IMG/VR virus record: IMGVR_UViG_3300011871_000002
Coordinates: 96,001-160,000 of that record
DNA length: 64,000 nucleotides
From: a virus
Taxonomy: Duplodnaviria; Caudoviricetes
Direction: 5' to 3' (one strand)
The translations under genes and the position numbers were made by a program. The notes below the pieces were generated by a model, which saw only the letters and a list, made by a program, of their open reading frames with translations, did not search any database and was not told the origin of the DNA. This document shows positions 48,914 to 58,380 of this stretch, one piece after another; positions within the stretch are counted from its first letter, which is position 1; each line of letters opens with the position of its first letter.

Positions 48914-51538
48914 ATGAAAGACTTTACTTGTGATCCAGTAACAGCACGGGCATTGCGAAAGATTGGCAACAAGGACGACCAGTCCAAGTTCCTTGCCTCG
49001 CAACTGGGACCAAATCGCGTGGTGCGTGCATGGCGTGATCCCAGCCCGACAGCGAAATTCCCTTCCCTGACCGGGGAAGAAATCATCAACGTATCGACCG
49101 ATGGCGCCCTCAGTTTCAAATCGGGCGTGATCGTCAGTCTTGGCCGCTCCGTCAAGACCAACAAAATCTTGGCGGCTGATCTCACCACCGGCGCGTGCGT
49201 CATGCGCATCGAAGGTAACGGATTCTTCGTCCAGGGCACGCTCGGACTGGTCGGTACCGGGGAATTCGATTTCATGCTGGAGGAAAATCCTGATCCAGCA
49301 CGCGGACTCGCCTTTGGTAACAGTGTGGTGATCAGTGGTCCGGAATACATTCCGACGGACAGCACGGTCAAGCTTTATAAACGCCGCCGTCAGTCGCCGT
49401 ACCGGATTCGGGCGTACAACCACAGCAACCCGCATTCGCCGCAACTGATGGCGACCTGTGTCATCGACACCATCGAACCGCCCTTGGTGATGGAAGACCC
49501 GGTGATGGCGGCAGAACTGGGCGACACCATGCCGTACCGCTCGGGACAGGACGCACCCTTCGACAACTTCGTCATGGGCGCGCACATGTTCATCTCGCGT
49601 CCAGAAAACACCGAAGTCGGCGACGTCCAGCTCGAAGAGCTGTTCATCGGCTTTGCGTACCGGGGTCCGTTCACGACCTACCCAATGAATGAGACCTTCA
49701 TCAAGCGTTTGATGTCGTTCAATCTGCCGGCGTGTAAGTTCCACGTCTACGATGAAGACGACAACGAACTGAAGGTGTTCGAGATGAACGACACGATGGC
49801 GATCAATGATCGTCGTCTCAATTCGGGTAACACCCACCGTGGTGGTCGCAATTCGCTCAAAGCGCTGTTCCCGCAGTTCAACTGCGCCATGGCGCTGGTG
49901 TGGCGTAACACCATGCCGAGGAAGACGGACTTCGCCAAGAAGCTCTACCCTGGCATGCTGAACTATCGCCACTCGATGTCCAAGGGTTACTATAGCCTCC
50001 AGTCTGTCGAACCACTGATCACTGGCGGCGCGGGCAATGCCGGTGCCAACGGCCTGGGACACTGGTTCGCTATGGCCAAATGGCCGCAGCCGGATAAGCC
50101 GCAGCCGATCAATGACCCGTATCTGGATAGTGGTCTCAATTCGGTCTATAGCGCAGGCAGTAACGCGTGGGCGATGGGGTGGGGATATGAGCCAGGCGCG
50201 TACGGTGGCCATAATTGGTACACTTCTCCTGGTGGGCCGCGTAGTGATCGCAGCGTCATCTCGTCAGCGCTGGCGATGTATCTGACGTATCCGGATGGTG
50301 TGCGTCTGCAAGACAACATCCCGACACGTGAACTGATCGAACACTGGAACCTCAATTCGTTCAATCACAGTAACCACTTCTACCAGTCGCCAAGTCTGCT
50401 GGATATCCCCCCACACGACGAGCTGTGGAGTGACAAGTGGGGGATGGACGGCACTTACTACGGTAACTATTATCGCGACAAAGCAATTACGATCTCTGGT
50501 GACCAGCGCGAGGGCACGACCCCAAATGCCTTCGACATGGACGGTCATATGTACCTGGCCGGCTGGGGGCGCGACCCGCTGCACAACTACACCAATCGTG
50601 GCTGGGGCGCCATGACCTTCCGTAGTCCGCTCATGGTGGTCGGTTCGATGTTCGACACCATGACCACGCTTATGATCCACCAGTTGCCACAGCGCGACCC
50701 GCGTAGTAACTACGGTGTGCGTACCATGGCGTGGCACTGGTCGCACTTCTCCATCGCGTGGAAACTCGGCACCAAGCACCCGCGTTATGGCTTCTCGCAG
50801 GCGCGTGTGGAAGACCTGTTCGGTAAAGTGCTCGCCGTCCTGTACGAAAAGCACACCAAGCCCGTCTACATCGACATGGAAGACTCGGCGTATGCGCGCG
50901 GTATCCGCCAGCTTGGTCTGGCGCTGGTGTCCAAAGGTAGTAGCTTCGGCGAATCCGGCGGACGTCTCGGTCTGTACATGGGGCACACGCTCCAGGTGTA
51001 CAAGCAGACCGGCTTCTGGCACCGCATGTGCGGCCTCGACCCGCGTTACAAAGCGGCCCTCGAAGGCGTGGTCAAGCAACTCGATACCTTTGTCTTGGGT
51101 AACATCGTGTACGCCAAGGGTCTCGGATACATGTACTTCAATGACATTGGCGATGGCGTCAATCTTGACACCATCCCAGCTAATTGGACGGCGTGGTATG
51201 ACCGCCTCAAGAACGACCCGGCCTGGGATGAGCAAGACTGGGTCACGGAAATCGAAATCGAGAAAGGCGTCAGGACGGTCAGTTTCAAGTCGAACAAAGA
51301 CGTCAGCTACAACCAGTTCGAGCAGTGGGCGCGCATCCACCGCGACTACTTCCCGGAGATTGCTCACCCAGACCTGGAGGCAGCAAACGCCGAATACGAC
51401 CGTTACGCGCAAATCGTCACGGACAAGGTGCTGGCCGAGCCGGATCTCCAGAAGCGTCGCTGGATCGACTACTTCTACCGTTACCCTGGCGTGTCCCCAT
51501 TCAAGGGACCAGCTCCGGGTGACCTGGTCACTGGCTAA
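48914..51538 (+). CDS. Large fibre-cluster protein of unknown function (aromatic-rich, possibly carbohydrate-active)
   Basis: 874 aa; N-terminal ~145 aa resemble the C-terminus of the upstream protein. Confidence 0.6.
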   Translation: MKDFTCDPVTARALRKIGNKDDQSKFLASQLGPNRVVRAWRDPSPTAKFPSLTGEEIINVSTDGALSFKSGVIVSLGRSVKTNKILAADLTTGACVMRIEGNGFFVQGTLGLVGTGEFDFMLEENPDPARGLAFGNSVVISGPEYIPTDSTVKLYKRRRQSPYRIRAYNHSNPHSPQLMATCVIDTIEPPLVMEDPVMAAELGDTMPYRSGQDAPFDNFVMGAHMFISRPENTEVGDVQLEELFIGFAYRGPFTTYPMNETFIKRLMSFNLPACKFHVYDEDDNELKVFEMNDTMAINDRRLNSGNTHRGGRNSLKALFPQFNCAMALVWRNTMPRKTDFAKKLYPGMLNYRHSMSKGYYSLQSVEPLITGGAGNAGANGLGHWFAMAKWPQPDKPQPINDPYLDSGLNSVYSAGSNAWAMGWGYEPGAYGGHNWYTSPGGPRSDRSVISSALAMYLTYPDGVRLQDNIPTRELIEHWNLNSFNHSNHFYQSPSLLDIPPHDELWSDKWGMDGTYYGNYYRDKAITISGDQREGTTPNAFDMDGHMYLAGWGRDPLHNYTNRGWGAMTFRSPLMVVGSMFDTMTTLMIHQLPQRDPRSNYGVRTMAWHWSHFSIAWKLGTKHPRYGFSQARVEDLFGKVLAVLYEKHTKPVYIDMEDSAYARGIRQLGLALVSKGSSFGESGGRLGLYMGHTLQVYKQTGFWHRMCGLDPRYKAALEGVVKQLDTFVLGNIVYAKGLGYMYFNDIGDGVNLDTIPANWTAWYDRLKNDPAWDEQDWVTEIEIEKGVRTVSFKSNKDVSYNQFEQWARIHRDYFPEIAHPDLEAANAEYDRYAQIVTDKVLAEPDLQKRRWIDYFYRYPGVSPFKGPAPGDLVTG

Positions 51539-51603
51539 ATAGTATCTGGGGAGAGTCTCGCACTCTCCCCAGTCCTTTCACAGTCTCTTTATGCGAGGCA
51601 TGC

Positions 51604-54600
51604 ATGGCAATCCCAACAATTGTTGAAGGCTTGAATATCATCGAAGTGGGCCTCGGCCACCACTTCGCCACCGTGGCAGAATACGCCGCTTGGTTGAAAG
51701 ACAAAGACCTCGTCACCCTAAAGGCGAAACTGCTCGTTCATCTGTTCGGCGACGACAACCCGCGCGGCTTGATCCAGCCGCTTAACTCCAGTACAGAGTA
51801 CAACATCGAGTATGCCCCCGGTCCTGGCATGGGCTACCGTGACTTGGCGACGGCAGGTCTTTACGACTACCCGAACGCTGGCGTCGAGTGGCGCATCTAC
51901 GCCAGTAACCCCGAATTTAACGTCGGCGTGAAAATTCGCGGGATGAGAATTCGCTTTCCGGCGGGCAGCCAGACGGCTTACGTCAACATGGGTTACTCGA
52001 AGGGCGATAAGGCCGCGCGCACCACGTTTGTGGACAACCGGATCATGGTGGAGCGCAATACGCTGTCTGCCACCCGTGCGTTCATCTTCGGCCAGAGTTT
52101 TACGTCGATGGACATTCTGAACAACGTGTTCATCAGTATCCATCCTGGCATCATGTTGTCGACCAACGACAACGCGGGTAACGTGCTCGGTAATACCTTC
52201 GTCGCGCGCGACGCTGCCGTTGGCAATCTCTACATGTCCATCGGTAGCTACGGTGGTGCGGGTTTGACCCAGAACAACGCGTTCTACAACTGCGGCCCCA
52301 ATCCGATTCGTTTTTCAACGGACGGGCAATCGCGCCACAACCAAGGTAACTTCCTCAACAACTACACCAACAACGAACTCGATCCGGCGCTGGTGACGGC
52401 AAAGATCGGTCTGATCGTCGACACGGTCAAGCCCTTCTTCCTGGACCCGCTCAGCGATCTGCGGCCAGCGAAAGACGGCGCGCTCTATGGCATGGGTAAC
52501 GATCTGATGCGATCGACCATGGATGCCGCAGGCAGTAACCGTGGTTTCGATCCCGACGTTGGCGCATTCCAGCTCGAACCAGCGTCGAACCTGCCCGTCG
52601 TCGAAGTCACGACCCAAGACCTCCAGGGGCAGATTCTGAAAGTGCAGGCGTCGCTGCTCAATGGCGTTACGCGCGCGACTTTCACCTTGCCACCCGATGT
52701 GAACGATGCTCGCGGCGCTTCGCAACTGGGGCCGTTCGAAATGGCCATCACTGGCGAAGTCGGGGATATCGAGATCACCGTGCCAGTGGGTCAATACGGT
52801 CCAGGTGTGGTGGAAGCTCACAATGCTGGAGGGAAGAAACAGGCTCTTACGCCAAGAGGGACGACTGTGCAGCCCATCAGCGTCTCCGCCTATTTGGCTG
52901 ACCATATCGGGATCGCCAACTCGGTGCTGGCCCGTGGTCGTCCTGTGCTGCCGGTCTTTGTCGGCAATGGTCAGGTACCTGATACCAAGCCACCCAAAGT
53001 GCAGCTCAGTGTCAATAGCCAGAGTTTCATCGCCAAAGGCGCGCTGACCCTGACCGCAGCGGCATCGGACAACCGCGCCGTTACGAAGGTCGAGTTCTAC
53101 CGCGGTGCAGAACTCATCCATACGACGACGCAGGCACCGTACGTGCATAACGTGAATTTGACGAACGCTGATAACGGCGAACACGAGTTCTCGGCCCGCG
53201 CCTACGACGCCGCAGGAAACGTCGCCACCACGGCTGTTTCAAAGCGTGTCAAGGTGCGTATCCCGCCGGATGGTTCGCCTGTGCCAACCATCGTGGCAAT
53301 GCGGGTTGTCGCGCCAGCTGCCACCAGCCCGCGCCCGTATGTGGAAGTGGAATTCTCCACCGCCATGGACAAGGACGACGAGTTCGATTTCCCTGGCCAA
53401 GCATTTATCAGTGCCGGCCCCCACTTCCACATCGTCGGCACGGAGTGGGTGAAAAACAGTGATCGGAAACTGAGCCTGATTTTCGAAGAGTACTCGTACC
53501 CTCTCAAGGATTCGACACTCTCGGTTTCCTATACCAAGACCGTCAATGGTGGCTGGCGTAGCGCTGAAGGCGTGCTGGTGGAAAGCTTCTCCGAATATCC
53601 TGTCGAGACGGCGACGTCGGACCACCATACGGCTACCTACTCGCAAACTGCTGACGGCAAGGTACCCGGTACCCCGCTGGCAGGAACGACCTGGGATGTG
53701 GGTGGTGTGGTGTGGCTTCCGAATAGCCATTTTGTTGTGGGTAACGAAGGCGACTTCGTGCCGAGCGACGCTACCACTGGTCCTCGCATCAACGGCGGTA
53801 TCTACCAGCGTGGCAATTTCGAAAGTAAGCAGTGGGCGGGGGTGAGCATCTGGTATGCGCAGTCGTCGTTTGATGTGTCCTTCGTCAAGCGCACGCTGGA
53901 AGACTCGCCGTACGGCATGTTCCTGCTGGGTAAAGATACTACCGATACCGACTTCGGTCCTACCGGTGTGAAAGTTGAGGTCAACAATGCCGGCACGCTT
54001 ACGTTCGAACAAGCATCAAGCACCGTCGTGCCGGGCGTGTACGATCCGATTCCAGGCACTGCTCTGGAAGTAGGAAAAGAGTACACCCTCTCGGTGTGTC
54101 GTCACCTGAGTGGTACGGGTAACTCGTTCGCGGTGCAGTTCGGTGAGTCGGTCAATGGTGAAATCACGAATGTGATGCACTCTTACCACTTCCAACTGAA
54201 CGCAGCACCCGTCGCCTTCGATTACAAGTACAACAAGGTGTACACCATCAATGCGGCCGGTCCGTACGCCAAAGCTGTTCGTGTGGGTGGTAAATCGCGC
54301 AGGACGGATGCCAAGAAAATGGTGTATCCGAAACTCGAAGTGACCGATGCGGCAGAAACCGCAATCGTCCAAGGTGTGACCGCCAGTGGCACTGGCCCCA
54401 TCACCTACACAGGCACGGGGCAGGCTTTGACGGCTGTGCCGGGCATTGTGCTGAAGAAGATGTTCGCCAACAACGTCTTGTCGACCAAGCGCAATGACAA
54501 CGGCATCGCCGCTACCCTCGGCGCTACGGTCGAGAATATCTATCTGGGGATTGCCGTGTCGGGCGTGAAGGACACGGTCGATGCTATCCGGCCAGTGGAG

Positions 54601-54885
54601 AAGATGCTGATGGCGCTGCGCGCAACCAGTATCGGTGGAAAGTACGAAGTGTACGTGGCTGCGCGTCGCCGCACGACGATCAAGTCGATGTCGGTGGAAG
54701 CGGGCGACCAAGTACGGGTCCGCACCGTGGGTGAGGACATCATGTTCGAAGTCAAGAAGGCGGCCGGTGATTGGGTCATCCTCTATCGCCAAACCATGGC
54801 ACTGGGTGGCCGGGCGGACAACTATCTGGTGGGTCAAATCCTGATCCCGATGGGTTCGGTCGTCACTGACGTACGCCAGAAGTAA
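51604..54885 (+). CDS. Fibre/spike protein: beta-helix, Ig-like repeat, SwmB-like domain
   Basis: NN-rich beta-helix ending PDVGAFQ; DTKPP.V.L..LTAAASDN..VTKVEFY..APY..AYDAAGN repeat; VSYTK....RSAEG...SF. Confidence 0.7.
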   Translation: MAIPTIVEGLNIIEVGLGHHFATVAEYAAWLKDKDLVTLKAKLLVHLFGDDNPRGLIQPLNSSTEYNIEYAPGPGMGYRDLATAGLYDYPNAGVEWRIYASNPEFNVGVKIRGMRIRFPAGSQTAYVNMGYSKGDKAARTTFVDNRIMVERNTLSATRAFIFGQSFTSMDILNNVFISIHPGIMLSTNDNAGNVLGNTFVARDAAVGNLYMSIGSYGGAGLTQNNAFYNCGPNPIRFSTDGQSRHNQGNFLNNYTNNELDPALVTAKIGLIVDTVKPFFLDPLSDLRPAKDGALYGMGNDLMRSTMDAAGSNRGFDPDVGAFQLEPASNLPVVEVTTQDLQGQILKVQASLLNGVTRATFTLPPDVNDARGASQLGPFEMAITGEVGDIEITVPVGQYGPGVVEAHNAGGKKQALTPRGTTVQPISVSAYLADHIGIANSVLARGRPVLPVFVGNGQVPDTKPPKVQLSVNSQSFIAKGALTLTAAASDNRAVTKVEFYRGAELIHTTTQAPYVHNVNLTNADNGEHEFSARAYDAAGNVATTAVSKRVKVRIPPDGSPVPTIVAMRVVAPAATSPRPYVEVEFSTAMDKDDEFDFPGQAFISAGPHFHIVGTEWVKNSDRKLSLIFEEYSYPLKDSTLSVSYTKTVNGGWRSAEGVLVESFSEYPVETATSDHHTATYSQTADGKVPGTPLAGTTWDVGGVVWLPNSHFVVGNEGDFVPSDATTGPRINGGIYQRGNFESKQWAGVSIWYAQSSFDVSFVKRTLEDSPYGMFLLGKDTTDTDFGPTGVKVEVNNAGTLTFEQASSTVVPGVYDPIPGTALEVGKEYTLSVCRHLSGTGNSFAVQFGESVNGEITNVMHSYHFQLNAAPVAFDYKYNKVYTINAAGPYAKAVRVGGKSRRTDAKKMVYPKLEVTDAAETAIVQGVTASGTGPITYTGTGQALTAVPGIVLKKMFANNVLSTKRNDNGIAATLGATVENIYLGIAVSGVKDTVDAIRPVEKMLMALRATSIGGKYEVYVAARRRTTIKSMSVEAGDQVRVRTVGEDIMFEVKKAAGDWVILYRQTMALGGRADNYLVGQILIPMGSVVTDVRQK

Positions 54886-54940
54886 GACGCCAGGGTGTTG
54901 TTAGATCGCTACTAACCCACCCGCGTGTTTCCTAGGAGTG

Positions 54941-54975
54941 AAAGAATTCATGGTCACATATTCTCCTAGTAGCGA
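54941..54975 (+). promoter_or_regulatory. Putative early promoter
   Basis: GTCACATATTCT at 54953-54964. Confidence 0.65.
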
Positions 54976-55099
54976 ATGGCAGTATGCATTCGTTGTTTAG
55001 TATCAGAGTGTAAATTTTAACAGACATTCTGTTATCTTGTGGAAGTATTGACAGTCCTGTCGGTACTTCATTTACCTTAACCAAAATAGGGAGCTACAA

Positions 55100-55549
55100 A
55101 TGGTGAAAAGCCGTTTCGAGCGACTGGCAATGCTGGCGTTTTGTGCCGCTATCTTCGCCCTGTCGCTGTTCAATCCATCGCCGCCCGGCACGGGCTTCGA
55201 CCAGAGCGCAAAAGCCACAACCGTCAAGACCTTCCAGCTCGGTTTCCTCGGCACCGTCGCCGACGCCGAAACCTCGGCCATCGCCACGGCACCGGCGTCC
55301 GCCGACCTGCACGAACGATTGCGGTCGGTCATCAACGAGCAAGCCCATGTGATCGCCTTCACCAGTACCGCGACCGACCTGATCGTCGACGGCGCGTCGA
55401 ACCCCGCAACCTTCCACCGATTGCGTACCGACGCTGACTTGAGCTACGACATGACCGCTGCTGCCTCGATCGACAACGACCACGGCCTCGGCGCCGGCCA
55501 CCTGGGCGGGCGAAGTTCGCACCACACCCACGTAGACCTGCTGACCTGA
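55100..55549 (+). CDS. Secreted/membrane-anchored hypothetical protein
   Basis: RBS AGGGAG; N-terminal K/R plus hydrophobic stretch; strong C-ending codon bias. Confidence 0.7.
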   Translation: MVKSRFERLAMLAFCAAIFALSLFNPSPPGTGFDQSAKATTVKTFQLGFLGTVADAETSAIATAPASADLHERLRSVINEQAHVIAFTSTATDLIVDGASNPATFHRLRTDADLSYDMTAAASIDNDHGLGAGHLGGRSSHHTHVDLLT

Positions 55550-55832
55550 TCGCCGACCGGCCGGCCGGCGGGGGCTCAAAAGCGCCCCGCCCGCATGGCC
55601 CACCGTTACCCGCAAGAGTCGGGTGACACAACTTGAAGCGCGCTCTCCGAGCCAAGAGTGCGGCGGTTACCGCGCTTCAATTTCTCCAACCAAATCCCAG
55701 CGCCTGGAGACGCTTAACCCATCAGTCGCTCGCGCCGTGCAACAAAGGGCTGCGATCGGCGTCTAACCTGATAAAGATGGAATCGGTGTGCCGGCCTCAC
55801 CCGGCACACCGGTTACCTAGTCACCTACCTTA
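55550..55832 (+). ncRNA. Candidate structured ncRNA / 3' UTR
   Basis: Six consecutive stems, including TTGAAGCGCG/CGCGCTTCAA and CGGTGTGCCGG/CCGGCACACCG, plus a possible pseudoknot; no credible ORF. Confidence 0.45.
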
Positions 55833-55865
55833 ATAAAGCCGGGGCATTGCCCCGGCTTTATGCCC
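55833..55865 (+). terminator. Terminator with TTTATGCC
   Basis: ATAAAGCCGGGGC-att-GCCCCGGCTTTAT. Confidence 0.8.
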
Positions 55866-55928
55866 TCCTGGTAAATGAACGTTATCCTATGTCAGATTTC
55901 CTCCCGCGTTTTTCGCATAGGTGCCACC

Positions 55929-56468
55929 ATGTTCGTTTCCGATTTCACCAAACCTCCCGAAGAAGTGGTAATTGACCTCATCAACTTCGATAACGGGACT
56001 GCATTTACTCCGGCCACCCTTTCGATGGCAGGTTCTCCTGTGGCTATTCCCAAAGCCCCTCCTGCGTTTCGTAACACGGAGATTCGTGTCACGCCCAGTT
56101 CGCTCACGCGCAAAGTAGGAACAGCACGGGTGTACTACAATCGCATTAACCTAGCGGACGTGCCGGGATTTTTGCGTAGCACTATCTTTGACTTGAATCC
56201 TCAAGCCAAACGTATTCGCGATGTGATTCCGTTCATCAATGAACGTTACCGCATCAACTTGACGCCGCTTGATTATGTGGATGCTGATTTACCGCAGATA
56301 ACAGCGGTCCCACAGTCGGTGACGATCCAGGTCACACCTGAAGCACTGGTGTACATCGGTTCGCTCGACATCCAGGTCAAACTGGACCCAGGGCAAGGCA
56401 TTCCGATCGGGACGGTCACTGCGAACCGGTATCTGGATATCTTCCGCTTTGTGCCGCACACGGCATAA
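55929..56468 (+). CDS. phiKZ-like virion paralog-family protein
   Basis: LIN.DN; RNT.I.V; YNRINL; IN.RY.INL..DY.D; L.YIG pattern; paralog of 44954..45463. Confidence 0.65.
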   Translation: MFVSDFTKPPEEVVIDLINFDNGTAFTPATLSMAGSPVAIPKAPPAFRNTEIRVTPSSLTRKVGTARVYYNRINLADVPGFLRSTIFDLNPQAKRIRDVIPFINERYRINLTPLDYVDADLPQITAVPQSVTIQVTPEALVYIGSLDIQVKLDPGQGIPIGTVTANRYLDIFRFVPHTA

Positions 56469-56502
56469 AAAAAGGCAGAGGAAACTCTGCCTTTTATGCC
56501 GG
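56461..56502. terminator. Terminator with CGGCATAAAA/TTTTATGCCG arms overlapping the stop codon
   Basis: AAAAGGCAGAG-gaaa-CTCTGCCTTTT. Confidence 0.85.
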
Positions 56503-56570
56503 ATGGTGGAAAATACTTTACACAGTTATCTCATGTTAGTGGGATAAGCCGCATTATCAAGGAGCTGAAT

Positions 56571-56921
56571 ATGGGTGACATTGTGGGTATCGGTAATCAG
56601 TTGTGGCAATGGTTTCAGCGTAAGCGACCACCCGTGAAAGTGCTAAAAAGCGAAGAATACACCTATCACTGGGAATACGACTCAGCCCGGCTCTGGGGTG
56701 CTCATGCCATTGTTGTATGTGAGCGTGAGTTATGGAGCACAGTTACGCACTCCGAGTTCATGCTGAAGGTCAATCACCCTAAGCGCTTGCGGCGCAGCAG
56801 TGAGTACCAAGAAGCAAGTCTGGAAGTGCTATTGGAGTATTACGAAAAACAAGGCCTGCGTGTTGTATCGCTTACCGTTATTGGGGAAGACGGTGAGCAA
56901 GAGTTTTTCCCCCTAGCGTAG
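56571..56921 (+). CDS. Hypothetical protein
   Basis: ATG 56571 behind AAGGAG. Confidence 0.65.
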   Translation: MGDIVGIGNQLWQWFQRKRPPVKVLKSEEYTYHWEYDSARLWGAHAIVVCERELWSTVTHSEFMLKVNHPKRLRRSSEYQEASLEVLLEYYEKQGLRVVSLTVIGEDGEQEFFPLA

Positions 56922-56957
56922 TTTAACAAACATAACCAAGAAAGAAGGAGAAATACC

Positions 56958-57506
56958 ATGTTTCCATTTCACCGCAACAAGAAGCTGGCTCTGGAAATCC
57001 TGTTCCACACCGCGTCGAACGATCATCCCGAACACGGCACCATCGTGGCCAGCCACAAGGGCTTCGGCCTGAACAACGCCACGGTGCGCTTCTCGATCGT
57101 CGGTGCCGATAGTGTGTTGCACCTCGACCGCGCCCTGTTCAACCACATCCTCGACGAGGCCGAAAAGGCCGGCTTCGTGGTACAGCGTCTGCGTTCGTTC
57201 GTGGGCGTCGCGAACACGCCAGTACGTACCCAGGTGTCGTCGCAACAGGTACGCGAGCATGTCCGCAGCACCCCGAACCACCAGGCCCTGTGTCGCCACT
57301 ACGAGGAACAACGCGTGACTAATAACCAGTTCGTACCGGCGCCCAAGGCAACCGTGCTCGACATGTCCGGCCTGGTGGTAGCGTCCGACCGCTACCACCC
57401 ACTACATCCGGCACATCCCGACCACAAGGCCGAGACATCGGTCCATCCGGCATACCCGAGTAAAGGTATGCCGTACGACCAGTTCAAAACCTCGGCTCCG
57501 CGTTAA
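56958..57506 (+). CDS. Hypothetical protein with His/Pro-rich tail
   Basis: RBS AAGGAG; biased codons. Confidence 0.7.
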   Translation: MFPFHRNKKLALEILFHTASNDHPEHGTIVASHKGFGLNNATVRFSIVGADSVLHLDRALFNHILDEAEKAGFVVQRLRSFVGVANTPVRTQVSSQQVREHVRSTPNHQALCRHYEEQRVTNNQFVPAPKATVLDMSGLVVASDRYHPLHPAHPDHKAETSVHPAYPSKGMPYDQFKTSAPR

Positions 57507-57509
57507 ACC

Positions 57510-57857
57510 ATGGGTACCAAACTATGGAAAGGCTTCTGTGTGTTCATGGCAGAAGTTTGTGCGTTCCTCCTGCACGTGGCTGAAAAGGACGTGACGGTGG
57601 GATTGTGCGTCAACATGGACCCGCGCAAAGCACACGGCGTTGCTTCTTTTGTTGCGCCCTATGGCTGGGAGTGCGTGCCGTTTGTGGTGGACCGGCCAGA
57701 TAACCTCGTCAAGCCAACCAAGGCGGTGGTCAAATCGATCTTCGCGCAATTAGCAAGGCTGGGTTACCCGGTGACCGAGATCGAAATCAAGGTCGGCAAA
57801 GAAGTGCGCGTCTACAACCACGCCCGTACCGCGCCACTCGTGGTGCAAGCCATCTAG
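57510..57857 (+). CDS. Hypothetical protein
   Basis: 115 aa; closely packed in the operon. Confidence 0.6.
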   Translation: MGTKLWKGFCVFMAEVCAFLLHVAEKDVTVGLCVNMDPRKAHGVASFVAPYGWECVPFVVDRPDNLVKPTKAVVKSIFAQLARLGYPVTEIEIKVGKEVRVYNHARTAPLVVQAI

Positions 57858-57868
57858 AAGGAGGTAGT

Positions 57869-58309
57869 ATGGATTCTGTTGAGAGGAAAACCAACGCACA
57901 ATGCGCTGCGGAATGGCGGGCGAAAGGACATACCGAACAACCCAAGTATCTCGGCGAAACCCCTGTCGACACGGCGACCCATCCTGAATTCAAGGACAAG
58001 ACCGCAGTTGACTGGGCGATCGACTTCGCAGTTGATGGCTTGCTGACGGATGGCGCGCACCATAAACACTCGGCACTCGTGCAGGTGGTACAAGTACTGA
58101 CGGGAACGCCGGTACACGTCACGGAGGCCAAGTGGGAAGATGGTCAACATGAATTCCGTGAAGTCATGGGTGAGCCGTCTCAGGAGTATCGTAGCTTGCT
58201 TGACGAACTGAAGAAGCAAGACTGCTGGGTGGAGGGTGCATTCCTCTACCAGCGTGTCCCTGAACTCAGGCAAGATCCGAAAGGCTACGACGAATTCGAC
58301 GACGACTAA
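57869..58309 (+). CDS. Hypothetical protein
   Basis: RBS AGGAGG; DGAHHK motif; followed by terminator 58324-58358. Confidence 0.7.
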   Translation: MDSVERKTNAQCAAEWRAKGHTEQPKYLGETPVDTATHPEFKDKTAVDWAIDFAVDGLLTDGAHHKHSALVQVVQVLTGTPVHVTEAKWEDGQHEFREVMGEPSQEYRSLLDELKKQDCWVEGAFLYQRVPELRQDPKGYDEFDDD

Positions 58310-58380
58310 GTCGCTGTACTAAGAAAGATACCCGGTAACGCGGGTATCTTTTTTCTTTGTTCAAATCTAGGAAAAATAAC

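Noticed and set aside
55048-55076. Sigma70 promoter from a perfect TTGACA
   Set aside because: No acceptable -10 at 16-18 nt spacing; the TTGACA lies in a hairpin arm.
55547-55635. Selenocysteine/readthrough at TGA 55547 followed by a hairpin
   Set aside because: The extension is short and featureless, and the hairpin does not resemble a bacterial SECIS.
55560-55700. tmRNA or tRNA (GGGGCT... and ...TCCAACCA-like)
   Set aside because: No T-arm or acceptor-stem pairing and no tag ORF; kept only as an unknown structured RNA.
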